A DNA stretch of 63,764 nt, counting the filler, from Vannella sp. (Eukaryota), in NCBI GenBank assembly GCA_023345925.1. It is 6 parts of 6 records of this genome, joined end to end, with 100 filler letters (N's around TTAATTAATTAA, not from the genome) between each part and the next. Parts side by side here need not be neighbours in the genome. Positions count along the whole stretch, not along the records: positions 12,345 to 40,666 come from JAJQQN010001295.1; positions 40,767 to 47,961 come from JAJQQN010001163.1; 4 more parts are not named here. One strand, given 5' to 3'. Below, one piece after another: positions 34,819 to 46,710 of this stretch. The notes under the pieces were generated by a model. That model ran no database searches and was not told where the DNA came from. It worked only from the letters and a program-made list of their open reading frames with translations. A program made the position numbers and the translations under genes. Position 1 is the first letter of the stretch. Every line of letters begins with the position of its first letter.

Positions 34819-37175
34819 ATGGACGAGATCGGCCGCCTTCAGGCGGAGTTCATGCAATTGCAGCGACAGCAGAGTGCGAATAGCATATCAGAGCGTGTGA
34901 GCGTTGAGATATTACTCAAGTTGAAGGAGAGAGGGCTCGTGGAGGTCTTCTACACCTCCGACCGCAAGGACTTTCTCACTCCTCAGCAACTAGAGCGGGA
35001 GATCCATGACGAGGTCATCTTGCATAGAGGGAGATTGGATATACATGAGCTGCTGCCTCTGTTTAACCTTGATGAGTCCGTTGTCGAGTCCACAGCACGC
35101 AAACTGGTCGAGAAAGAGAGGACGTTGAGTCTAATCGGGAGCAGTCTCGTGGCATGCGAGTACCTAGAGCGTGTAGCAGAAGAGATTAATGAAAGCTTAG
35201 TCATCGAAGGACATCTGAATCTCCGTGAGCTTGCTGCTCGCTTCCACTTACCCTTGGAGACTGTCACCAACCTCATTAGAGCCCGTCTCACCTCATCTCC
35301 AGCCTCTCGTGTTCGCCGTTTCATCAAAGGATCACTCGTTCCTCCACTGCTCTTTACAGAAGCGTACATAGCCCGGCATACTGCGACTATGAGAGGAATG
35401 CTGTCCGGAATCACCATTCCCACTCCCTTGATGAAGATTAAGCAGCTCTTTGATGTTGAAGAGTCCATTTTCTTTAGTGAGTATCTCTATTGATGATTCA
35501 TTCCCAAATTGACTCTTGGAAAGCAATCTTTGATGGATTAGTCCAATCGGGTCGTCTTCCTGGTTCGGTTCAAGGCCGTGGAGATGCCAAAGACTTTGTC
35601 CCTGCAATCTTTACTAGACACACAACGGGTGCTATTGAACAGTTTTACCGTTCCAATGGGTACATTGAGTACCAGAAACTGAAAACTCAGTTCCAAGTGA
35701 CTCAGCCACTTAAATACTTGGAAGGGGCTTTCCCAGATGGTATTCCATTGACATCATCACTGGTTTCTCCCTCTGTACTTTCTTTGATGGAGTCTTCTTT
35801 GGAGGAGACAGTTGCACGAGGGGAATGGAGCAATGCGCAACAACTTCTCCCTTCTCCATTGACTGATGAAGATGTCGAGCTACTTCTGAGAGATCACTGC
35901 TGTGTCCTTGCAGACTCTAAGAAGCCTCTAGCTATCCTTTTTGCTCGTTTCTACGTTGTATCTTGTGGCTTTCTGACAGAACTGCTTCGCCAGTATGAAG
36001 AACGCTTCCAACTCTGGGCTTTGGAAGATGTCAATTCCAGAAAGGAGCTTTTGTCATCTACTGATAGCCTCCGGTCATCATCCAGCAGTTTAGGCTCTGA
36101 CGAAAGCGATTTCAACGAACAGTCTGACGAGGCTCCCAAAGGGAAGAAAGGCAAACGCAGGAAAGCCAAATCTCGGGCGGCAGCACCCGCATCAGGAGCT
36201 CCAGCGGGCCGTAGCATGCAACTGGCGGAGTCTTTCGTTCGCGAGAACAAAGACTACATGAAGGACTTTCATTCTGACTTGCCGGAGGAGCTGATAGATG
36301 CGATTGAAGCAGAAATCCGAAGTCGCTTGGTGGATTTGAGGGAGGCAGCTGCCAGAGCCCTTTTTATGGACTCTTCTGCCAAGAAGAAGTTTGAAGGGTC
36401 TGAGTGGCATGTGGAGGTAAAGCAACTCTACTGCAACATTCAACTATTCTGTAACGCAGCAATGGACTATTCCGGCGACTCAGTCCCACTAGAGAAGCAT
36501 CTATTGCGCACGCTTTGTACTGATTTAGCCAATTTGCTAGTAGAAGCCAGTGCCGCTCTTGCAATGGTCAAACTTGACGACGAAACCATCACAACCGGGA
36601 AGCAGAGGACAGGAGCGTTGAAAAAACTCCAAAAGACAACATATTACTCCTCTCTTCAGGCACTGGTTGATACACTGACAAAGCCTTCTTGTCAGACTTT
36701 TTTGGGACGTGTGGAAGACCTCTTTTTGGATATTGGCGTCGTAGTGAAGCCATTGGACAAGAAGAGCGAAAAGATCCTTGTAGCTGCCCATCAAGAGGCT
36801 TTACAAACCCAATTCAGAAGCGAAGCCAACCCTGCCAATGCCTTCCACCTTGGAGTAATGGTTCTTTATGTGGGGAAGGTGGGGCAAGTGCTCCACTCAC
36901 CCGGAAAGATGATTGCAGATGTTCTCCAAGTAAGTTTGAAAAGGCAGGACTGATTTGGAGAGGAATCTGACACGAAATGGGCGAACCCTTAGCAACTCAA
37001 CTCGAAGATACCTAATTCACAAGGATTTATTGAACTCATTCGCTTTGGGGAGCAAGTGAAAGAGTATTTGACCGTCCGGATGAAGAATCTCGAACCACCA
37101 GAGACACTTTATCAGGCTCTGGAACAAGGCCTCCCTCGCTTTAAGGAATTGGTGGAAAGTATCAGTGAAAAGTGA
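34819..37175 (+). CDS. UFL1: E3 UFM1-protein ligase 1
   Basis: MDEIGRLQAEFMQLQ...SISERVSVEILLKL...YTSDRKDFLTPQQLEREI N-terminus; FYRSNGYIEY; 3 exons. Confidence 0.92.
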
Positions 37176-37180
37176 AGAGT

Positions 37181-40100
37181 TTATTCATCCTTGGGATTTG
37201 ACTCTTCCGATGTATCCTCATCAGCAACCGAACTCTCAGTCCAAGAAACACCTAATCTCCCTGTTTTGTTGGTTTCTTCTTCCCAGCTGTCTTCTTCACT
37301 TAATTCAACTTTGGTAATCCGATTTCTGCCCATCACAAGGCTCGAATTGGTGGCAAAAGGTGGCTGGCTGGGACGGAGTTGTCCTCCAGACCATTCTTTT
37401 TTGTCCTCCTGATGAGGCTCGGGGCTAGGATTGGGATTGGGACTGGGATTGGGACTGGGACTGGGATTGGGAGATCCTCTTTGGCGATGAGATCCGACTT
37501 TTCGTCCCCAAGCTGGAGAGATGCTGTCGGCACCATTCATTATCAAACTCCTCGGGCGCGAGGTCATCTTAGCCGACCTGGAACCTCTGTCAGGTTTCCG
37601 ATCTTGCATTTTGGGGCTTTGTCCACCGGCTCGATTTGAGAGGTCAGTAAATGCTTGCATCCACTCTTTGCGATCCTCTTCTGAGCTGGCCGAGAGAACG
37701 AGAGACTGTTTGGTAGCTTCCAATCTGAACACAAAAACGTTGAGTTTGTCGCTCTCGAGAGTTGAGACGGCGACATCTCTCATCAGAATCAGACGGGATG
37801 GCTTCGTTGTCTTTCCATATCATGTTAAAGAGGCTCATTTGGAAGGGAAGAAAATGACTTACACTCTCATTCTCAAAGCAATAGAGATAACTTGTTGTAA
37901 GGAGAAGATACTGGCGATCCCACTTTCGATTTTTCTTCTTCATCAAATATCCCTTTTTGAGTGTGAAAGCAGCCACTGGGTAGGAATCGGCGCGTTCCCG
38001 AGACCAACTAACGTGAATTATACCTTTGAGGTTACCAGCAAACTTGCCTCGGTGATGAATTCTACATTGGAACGGAGTAGGTTGTGGCCCACACGCATCT
38101 CGAAGGGGTATTGCGCACTGGCCAAGCTCTGAAGCCTCCTTCTTCTTTTGGTGTTCTCGAATAAGAACAAATACGTACTCTTGGACGAGGAGGTCCTCAT
38201 TCGTAGTGACCAATTCGATGGGTTCTAGATCCCCAGAAGTCCACCGCGGCGTTGTCCCTCTAGCAATTGGAGTTAAGTAGCTTTGAGAGAAGACCTCGCT
38301 TAATAGCTGGATGGAAGCTGCCGAGATAGAATCCGAAGAAAGTCCGGTCAACTCTAACTCTGAGAATATCACTTGACACGGCTTTGAAGGGACATGAGGG
38401 ATATTAGCGAAAGCAGTTGAAACCACAAAAGAGCTGCTGACGGGGTGGTGGTCACTAGTCAGCACATCATCAGTTGAGTTATAATGAAGCTGACGCGCTT
38501 CACAGAAGGGAAGGGACTTCCACAAGATTCTATCACACCAACTAGGCACGCGAAGCTTCTCTTCTGAATAGACGTTGGAGTTTCTGTGGTAACGGTATGT
38601 GGGAGGAAAGGCGAGTCGTCCTTCATTGAATCCCACAAAGGTGTTACCCCAAACTCGCTCCCTGGTCAATTGGTCGCTCAATAGCAATGCCTCGAAGCGC
38701 TCTGACTCAATTTGAGCCAAAACATTGTCACGGTCGTCATCTAAGCGATAATTCAGATCGCCCATCCAGAATACGTGGTGGAAGTAGTTTGTGAGCTTGC
38801 AAGGATTGTGTGAACCAGTCAGATTCAGATTAGATACAATCTGAGCGTAATTCTGGTTGCGGTCCTCCCATTTTCCCATGTGAGCTGCCAAGTGGCAATT
38901 GACGAAGGCAAAGCGAGTCTCATTGAAGTTGAATGAAACTGCAACGGCTCCTTTGTTCCCAACGAGATTGGCGATACCACATGCTTCTGTGCCCTTCTGG
39001 ACATTGGAGATCTTGAACCAATGCGTTCTCCGCACTAAAACTATCAAGCGGATGCCCATCAAAGACAGGCCACAGACTCGAATAAAGTCGTTGCCCAGCA
39101 GACTTTGAATACGAGCAAACCAATCCGCTTCGCAGCTGCTTCCGAGCGCCTCCGGTGTCTCTTCTGTTCCGGCACTTTTGGGCTTGTACATGCATTCTTG
39201 AGTGCCAATGGCGTAAAGATCGAACCCATCCAATGGTATCCATCTTCCCATCTCCTCTGGATCAGCTGGAGGCGGTGCATCACCCATATTCCACGTCCCA
39301 ATCCACACTCGAAGAAATTCTTTGGTTGCCGAAAGCCCTTGTTGGCATCTTGCACCAAAAGAGAGCAACTCAAAGAATCTCTCACGCTGGAACTGATCAG
39401 CAAAGCTGATCTTAGTGAGTTTGTCCTTCTGTTTCCATTGGATGTTCAGTTTGGTCGGTTTGCGAGGGACGCGAGAAACTTGGAGGATTTGGTCCACAGT
39501 GAAAGTTGCAGGAGCCTGGTCCTTTCCTCCTGAGAGTAAAAGGGCAGCAGGGCTTTGAGACAAATCAATCTCGGCTTCTTCCGCTGAGCTTTTGAACTTT
39601 CCATTGGTGGAGACAGCAAACTTTGGAGTTTGCTGGAAGAGAAGTTGAGAGGCCCATCATAGTGCGTGCAAATGAAGGAAGGAACTTACTTGTCGCAAGT
39701 AATCTTGAACTGCTCGAGGCAGCCTTTGGAGTGGAGAAGTGACTTGCTTCGAAGAAGGAGACTTGAATTCAAAAAGTCTCATTTCTCTGGAGCTGGAGAT
39801 GTCAGATGCGAGCTCCATCTTCAACTGGCCCGTCCTCTCTGTTATAAACTTCATCACGTCCGCTTCAAGGCGCCCTTTCCTCTGCAAAGGTTCTGTCAAT
39901 GTGGAGGGAGGCAAGGGCAGTTGGCAATCAGTTACCTCTTGAATGATGGCGCTCAGCTCTGGAAGTTGACGCCTGATATCGGAGAACATCTCATATCCGC
40001 GTTGGTAATAGGCAGAGTAGGATGAGAGGAAGCTGAAGACCGATTCGAGAGTTGTCACTTGAAGTTGCTCTTGGGCTCGCTTGACTATGGATGAGCGGTT

Positions 40101-40666
40101 GATGGTTGTCAGCTCTGCGCTCTTATTGGCAGCATCCCTCTCTTCTTCAAGCTCCATGAGCTTGATCATGTTCGTCTGTTTGCCCTTCTCGCGACATTGC
40201 TTCACACGCCCTTGTGCGTTCTCGTATGCTGCTGCTGCTTTGGCGTGAACCTTTCCACTGCTCTGAAAGATGATAGGAGTGAGAATCACCTTCTCCCTTC
40301 TATCTGCTGAGAAGGCTCACTTTGACCTCACGATGGGACTCCCTCAGGAAGGCGCTGAGCGGTTCGACGAAGGTGTCCGTCCAGGAGAGGATCTAAAGCA
40401 TGTTTGAGATGTACTAAGAATGTGCAAATCGCTTCAAGTGTGCTTCATACCATGGCGGAGTGCAGAATGCCCGCATCTTTGCTGATTCGTCCTGCAAGTC
40501 CCATCCACTTGGCTATTCGGTCGTTTGGTGAGTCTCTCTGTCTTAAATATACATAGATTGGACGTACCGATATCGGGGAATGACTCTCCCAAGCCGGAAG
40601 AGGCCTCGAGCAACTGGAAAGAGACCGCAGATGTCACGGAAGAGCTCTCTGCTCCGCTGGATCAGC
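37181..40666 (-). CDS. Inositol polyphosphate 5-phosphatase with BAR-like N-terminus, C2 and C-terminal PH domain (5' truncated)
   Basis: WIGTWNMG, IGTQE, GNKGAV, FVNCHLAA, FWMGDLNYRL, FPPTYRY, PSWCDRILW, SDHHPV. PH: KKGYLMKK...SEEDRKEWMQAF. Helical N-terminal exons (FVEPLSAFL, SAYYQRGYE). Confidence 0.9.
37424..37472 (-). repeat. Coding hexamer repeat (CCCAAT/CCCAGT; PNPSPSPNPSPNPNPSP)
   Basis: GGGATT/GGGACT repeats on the plus strand. Confidence 0.8.
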
Positions 40667-40766
40667 NNNNNNNNNNNNNNNNNNNNNNNNNNNNNNNNNN
40701 NNNNNNNNNNTTAATTAATTAANNNNNNNNNNNNNNNNNNNNNNNNNNNNNNNNNNNNNNNNNNNN
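40667..40766. other. Artificial contig spacer
   Basis: 44 N + TTAATTAATTAA + 44 N. Confidence 0.99.
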
Positions 40767-42594
40767 ATGGCCAGGGGACGTGGTTGATCTGGGCTGTGAA
40801 CTCTCTCAAGAGAATCAGCTCCGATCCCAAAGCGGGCTTTAGTCTTGATCCGACGCAGCGAGAGCGTGGCCCGCGTCGGACAGCCAAGAAAAAAAGGGAA
40901 GAAATACGAAACCGCCACCAGAAAGATGCCTGCGACTCCCTCATTCGGTATGCGGGGGGCGGTTTGGTGCGCTCTTGCGGGGGAAAAGGGTGCCCTACTG
41001 ACTGGGAGGCAGGTTGGTGTCGGGCATGATAGGCTTTGTGCTGTTGTTGATCTATCTGGCGTACTCTTCGTCGGTGGCGGAGTACACGAGGGCAGGACTG
41101 AGAAAGGTCGCTCCTCCGCCTCCTCGGAAGGCGGAGAGCTTGGCTGGACTCGACTTTGGTGTGGTGTTTGATCTTGGCTCTTCAGGTGTGTTGTGTACTA
41201 TGTTATCGCTGGCGGGACGTGGCCTGACTTGATCAGGGAGCCGAGCCAACATTTTCTCTTGGTATCGCGAACCTCAAAGCCACTGCGCTATCTGCGGGGG
41301 CGGAGGCTTCGAGAACATGAAGCTGTTGCCTGGTGGAACGAAGAAGATCAAGCCAGGCGTCAGTGCGATGAGTGATAACCCTGACGAGGTTGGGCATTCG
41401 CTGCGGGAGCTTTGGAGCTTCCTCGAAGCCACTATCCCCACTCACAAGCATCAATCTACTCCTATCTTCATGTTCGCAACGGCTGGGCTTCGCGTAGTGG
41501 CCGAAAGGAACAACGAACGCATCTATGATGACGACGACTCGGATGGGGACGTGATTCTTGATGCTGATGACGACGATTACCGCAAAGGACCAGTCGCACA
41601 GATCCTTTTGAACCTTCGAGAGCACGTTCGGGACCACACGCCTTTCACTCTCCTCCAACCGGACCACATTCGAGTGTTGAAGGGCGAAGAGGAAGGTCTG
41701 TTCGACTATCTAACCCTTCAGCAAGCTGTCAAACTCAACAGATTTGCTCATCTCATGGGAACTCCCGCGGAAACATGGCAGACGAGCGTCATTAGACCCC
41801 CAACTGCGGTCGTCAGTGACCTGGAACCTCTTTGCACGGTGGATTTAGGCGGCGCTTCCACTCAGATCTCCTTCCAGAGTGATGTTAGCTTCACACATGA
41901 GATTAAGGAGTTTATTCGAGCCCCCTTCGCACCAGAATACCCCAAAATCTTCACCCATTCCTTCCTGGACTATGGCATTCATCGCGCTTACGATCGTTAT
42001 CTTGAGAACGTCCTTGTCCAAGTGACGGAAGATCACCCTAGCGAAACTATTGACATCCCTTGCCTGTTCCAGGGGTCGAATGTTAAGGTACAACACGGGA
42101 AGACTCTGGTAACTCTGCAAGGGAGCGGGAACTCGAACTCATGCAAAGCACAAATGAGGAATCTCTTTGTTGCTTTCAAGGGGAAGTGCGCTAGTCCTCC
42201 CTGTGCTCTAAGCGACTTCCAAATGCCACCGTATCCCACTTATTCCAATATTGGGGGATTGCGTGTTATTGCGTTTGATAACGCATATCGCGTTGCCTCT
42301 TCTCATGGCCGTAAAGGATACGTCAAGCTTGGCGATTTGATGCAAGATGTAGAACATTCCTTCTTCTTGAGCTGGGAACAAGCCAGCATCCGTTTCGAGC
42401 ATGTTCCCGAAGAAGAGAGACTTGTCCTCCTCTTTGAAAGCCTTTACCTCACCTCTCTCCTCCACTACGGATATGGATTCTCTAAGGATACATACATTGG
42501 CTTTGCAGATAGCGTGGATAGGCAAAGTCTCAGTTGGGCGCTGGGAGCGATGGTCCACCACGCCTACCATTTGTGTGAGACTTCCCTCTTGTAA
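40767..42594 (+). CDS. GDA1/CD39-family NTPDase (apyrase), type II membrane, 5' end probably truncated
   Basis: ACR1 DLGSSG|SR, ACR2 ATAGLR, ACR3 GEEEG, ACR4 DLGGASTQ, ACR5 SWALG; TM LVSGMIGFVLLLIYLAY; intron 40948-41012. Confidence 0.93.
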
Positions 42595-42634
42595 TCTTCG
42601 AGTAAACATTCATTGCGCTATATTGATCTCGCCA

Positions 42635-44349
42635 TCACTCTTTGGTCTCTTCCACCCACCCCAGTGAGCGGTCCACGGCCTTGTTCCATTGTTTGAAAGA
42701 CTCTTCGCGAAGTTCCTCGCTGATGGCTGGGCGGAACACGCGGGACTTTTCTTCGTCCGGGACCTTGTAGTCCATTGCGTAGACACCTAAATGCAACCCA
42801 GCAGCAAAAGCGGCACCAAATGCGGTGCTTTCGTGGAAGGCAGCTCGGCGCACATCCACGCCCAACAGGTCGGCCTGAATCTGGAGGAGAATGTCACTTT
42901 GAGTCATTCCCCCGTCCACATTGAGTGTGGTCACTGGTTGATGAGCGTCATTGCTCATAGCGTTGAGAATCTCTTTGGTTTGGAAGCAAACTGACTCCAA
43001 GACTGCTCGGCAGATGTGAGACTTTGTCTCCTGACCAGTCAACCCAACAATCACTCTGAAACAGATCCCACTGTTCAGAGTCCCCCTTGCAGTGGCCAAA
43101 AGAAGGAAATTGACTTACCCTCGGGCATCACTCCGCCATCGGGGAGCGTATAAACCGGAGAACGCAGGGACAAAGTAGACTCCATGCGTATCCGATACCT
43201 TTGCAGCTTCTTCACTCACCTCTGCTGCGGAGCTGATCAATTTGAGGTTGTCTTTGAGCCAAGAGACTGTCGATCCAGCTGCATTAATCGACCCTTCAAT
43301 TGCATACACCAAAGGAGCCTTCGGTCCCAGCTGGTACGCAATTGTAGTAAGAAGCCCGCAGTTGCTGTGAACAGGAGAAGTGCCAGTGTTGTACAAAGTA
43401 AAACAGCCAGTTCCATAAGTGTTCTTGGCCTGGCCCGGTTCCAGGCACAAGTTGCCTACTAAAGCAGCTTGCTGGTCTCCCAAACATCCCGCAATGGGGA
43501 TGTCCCGGAAGTTACCCTCCTGAAGATGGCAGTAATCCTCTGAACTGCTCCGAATTTCCGGAAACTTCAAACCTGCCGGAATTCGGAAGAGCTCCAACAG
43601 TTCCGGGTCCCATTGGCCTGTATGTATGTTGCATAAGAGTGTGCGGCTAGCGTTGGTCACGTCCGTGACATGAACAGTGTGCTGAGAGACTTTCTGTGGG
43701 CAAGACAGTCTGATTAGTCGGGTTTGATGGGGATGGAGGGCGCGTTCTCACCCAAAGGAACCAAGAATCTACAGTACCGAACATGCACCGATTGGCTTCC
43801 ACAGCTTGCTGCACAGCGGGGACGTTATCCAAGAGCCAGCGAATCTTCAAGGCAGAGAAGTACGTGGACAGTCGCAGTCCTGTTCGCTGCTCAAGCATCT
43901 CCTTCTCAGCTTTATTCATCCTCTCCTCCATCTGATGTAGTTCGGGCTGACAGCGAACGTCTTTCCACACTTAAAGGGATGAGAACGGATAGAACGCTCT
44001 GAATGGACGCACCAATGGCTGGATAGAGGGCCTCTCCTGTCTCACTGTCCCAAAGAATGGTTGTCTCTCGTTGGTTGGTGATCCCAATGCCTCTGAGACG
44101 CTCCCCAAGCTGTGTGGGATGCTGAAGCAGCTTCTGTTGGACTAAGCTTTGAACTGTAGCCTCCATCACCTCTCTTGAAGTAGCAATAAGTAAGTCAGGG
44201 TCTTGTTCTACCCATCCCTTGTTGGGATACACGCAAGGGATATCCTTTTGCTCCTGCGCAACACATCGCCCCTCCTCATCGAAGATTACAAGGCGCGCTG
44301 ACTGAGTACCGATATCCAAGCCTCCAACCCAACTCCCAGACGTATTCAT
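42635..44349 (-). CDS. Glycerol kinase (FGGY family)
   Basis: GLDIGTQS, GWVEQDP, GITNQRETT, YFSALKIRWL, TDVTNASRT, GDQQAAL, KNTYGTGCF, FVPAFSGL, VDGGM; 4 exons. Confidence 0.96.
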
Positions 44350-44611
44350 GCTTCTCTTCCAACAATTCCAACGTCCCACACACGCTCCCTGCCAAAGAAC
44401 TCGGCGAGCGGCGCGGAGCGACACAGAATGAAGCCAAAGAGGCCCCATCGGACCTTCTTAAAGCAAATACTTGCTCTTCCCTTGAACAAAGTGCTTCCCC
44501 TGATCTCTCAGAAGCTCTAGCCTCGTAACGGGAGCGTTTGGAAGGGCTCAAGTTTGATCAGGAGTGAAAGAAGCCCTCTTTAGTAGAAGAGAGCGTTGCA
44601 GCAAGGAAAGA

Positions 44612-44820
44612 CTACGACGACTTGTACTTCTTCGCAATGCTGGGTCCTTCCTGCACCAGAAGCGCCAACCAAATGACCTAGAGCCCTCCCAGTCACTCCT
44701 CCTCCCCCTCTCCGATCCCACACGACGTACCACAGCGAGGAGATGCAAACCAACGACTCCAGCAATCGTGTAGAACATGCCATGACCGATCTGGTCCATC
44801 ACCGACACCGGAAGCGCCAT
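44612..44820 (-). CDS. 51-aa single-TM microprotein (2 exons)
   Basis: Exons 44820-44731 and 44677-44612 give MALPVSVMDQIGHGMFYTIAGVVGLHLLAV|VIWLALLVQEGPSIAKKYKSS*; the GT-AG intron completes the TM helix. Confidence 0.65.
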
Positions 44821-44884
44821 CCCTGCAGACAATGGCCTTCCTAGCACGGCCCTGGCACTTTGGGGGTCCTTGGGAGTCATTTCT

Positions 44885-46558
44885 ATGATGATGCAAGGAC
44901 GTTGGCTGGTGCGCAGAGGGGCGGGGCAGCTCCTGGGAGGGTTGAAGGGCGAGACGGTGACGCTCTTGCGCGGATGGAGCCAGAAGGGGGACGTGGCGAG
45001 TGCTATCAGTGTCATACAGAGGGAGAGGCTGGAGGCATCAGAGGAGGCGTGGTCGGTGGTGGTGGGAACGTACAACGGGAAGGACTTGGCGAAGCAGACG
45101 GTTTTGGTTCAGATGGAGATGCAGCGGGCTGCTGCGCCGCGTGGTTTGTCTTTCTTTAACGCATTGCTTGTTGCTCTTGCTCGTGGCCAGTTGTTGGAGG
45201 AAGGCCTCGCGACATTGAAGCAGATGAAAGAAGAAGGAGTCTCTCCAGACCTCAACTCCTTCACCACCCTCATTGCAGCCCTGAGCAAAGCTCAGAAGAA
45301 AGAAAAAGCTCGTAGTCTTCTACAGGAGCTGCGAGAAGCGGGTCTGAAGCCGAGCGGACTCATCTATCACGCCTTGATCTGCTCGGACTGCTCTTCCCGT
45401 CAACCAGACGCCGCTCTTGACACAGCAAAGGAGGCTATCAGTGAAAGTGTTCAACTAGATGTCGCTTCATTCAATGCAATCATCGCTTCCTACTGCCAGT
45501 CCCAGAGAGAAGGCGAAGCGGTCGCTGTTATCGACCTAATGAGAGAGTGCGAGGTTGTACCTCAGGTCTCAACATGTGATCTTATACTTGGATACTGCTG
45601 CCGTCTACCCCGCCCTGGTCACGCTCTCTCAGCCTTGGCTACGCTGCAATCCTCAGGCTTCTATCCTGACGTTGTCTCGTTTAACAGTGTCATCAGGGCC
45701 ATACTGACCTCCTCCCGCCACCCAAAGGAAGTCTTTGATGTTCTAGATGGAATGAAACAGTCTGGAATCCTGCCAGACGTTGTCACGTTCAGTACGATGA
45801 TCCGAGGCTTCTCTCGGCACCACCACATCGAACCAATCGTCCAAACCCTGCACAGAATGCACTTATCCGGGACTTCTCTTGACGCTGAACTCTTCGTATC
45901 CCTCGAAAGACTCCTTTCCAAGCCGTTCCACGCCGGACAGGCCACAACTGCCGCTTTGAATCTCTCTTCGAAAGGACTTTCCCTCGGCCCATCCGCTCTC
46001 TCCCTTCTCATCCGAGCTGTTTGTCAACAAGGTCAGATCGAGAGAGCACTGGCGCTCGTGGGAGTCATGAAGAAAGAAGGGATTGCCCCTGAAGTCTCCA
46101 TTTACACCACTTTGGTCTCTTCAAGCAAGAGCAGCCAGATGGCCCGCCATGTGCTTTCGCTGATGGAGGAGAATGGAGTCAAGAAGAACACGGCCGTGTA
46201 CACTTTCCTTGTCCAGCTCTTAAGCAAAGAAGGAAATCTCGATGGCGCTCGGGAAGCTCTCAAAGAGATGAAAGAATCCGGTCTCCAACCGTATGTCTCC
46301 ACCTACAATGCTCTGATAGGAGCACTGTGCGAGCAAGCAGGATGGGAGGAAGCGGAGGCACTGATTGTGACCATGAGGGAGGAAGGACTCGAACCCAATG
46401 CGGGTACAATCGCCCCTCTGGTGGAAGCGCTTTGCATTGCAAAGCTTCCCGTAAAGGCCCAAGAGATCTATCGAATGGGAGAGGCTCGCGGAGTGAAAAG
46501 CTCTTCTTCTCTCTCCAGTACTCTCCAAAATGCACTTTCTGAGCAAGAGGGAATATAG
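44885..46558 (+). CDS. Pentatricopeptide repeat protein
   Basis: About 13 PPR motifs (PDLNSFT, PDVVSFN, PDVVTFS, PEVSIYT, PYVSTYN); intronless. Confidence 0.93.
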   Translation: MMMQGRWLVRRGAGQLLGGLKGETVTLLRGWSQKGDVASAISVIQRERLEASEEAWSVVVGTYNGKDLAKQTVLVQMEMQRAAAPRGLSFFNALLVALARGQLLEEGLATLKQMKEEGVSPDLNSFTTLIAALSKAQKKEKARSLLQELREAGLKPSGLIYHALICSDCSSRQPDAALDTAKEAISESVQLDVASFNAIIASYCQSQREGEAVAVIDLMRECEVVPQVSTCDLILGYCCRLPRPGHALSALATLQSSGFYPDVVSFNSVIRAILTSSRHPKEVFDVLDGMKQSGILPDVVTFSTMIRGFSRHHHIEPIVQTLHRMHLSGTSLDAELFVSLERLLSKPFHAGQATTAALNLSSKGLSLGPSALSLLIRAVCQQGQIERALALVGVMKKEGIAPEVSIYTTLVSSSKSSQMARHVLSLMEENGVKKNTAVYTFLVQLLSKEGNLDGAREALKEMKESGLQPYVSTYNALIGALCEQAGWEEAEALIVTMREEGLEPNAGTIAPLVEALCIAKLPVKAQEIYRMGEARGVKSSSSLSSTLQNALSEQEGI

Positions 46559-46710
46559 CCTTGAACTTCCCGTACCTCGGCCCCTCAGCATTCCGCTGCA
46601 TCCATGTCCATTCCCCGTGCTCAACATGTCGACTCACTGGGGAAAGAGATCGGGAGAGCGAGAATGGGATGTCTTGGAGTATCTTGGAGTGTCTTGGAGT
46701 GTTTATCAGT

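Noticed and set aside
31665..37175. Adjacent USP and UFL1 as a ubiquitin-like functional cluster
   Set aside because: Two neighbours in a dense eukaryotic genome; no evidence beyond chance.
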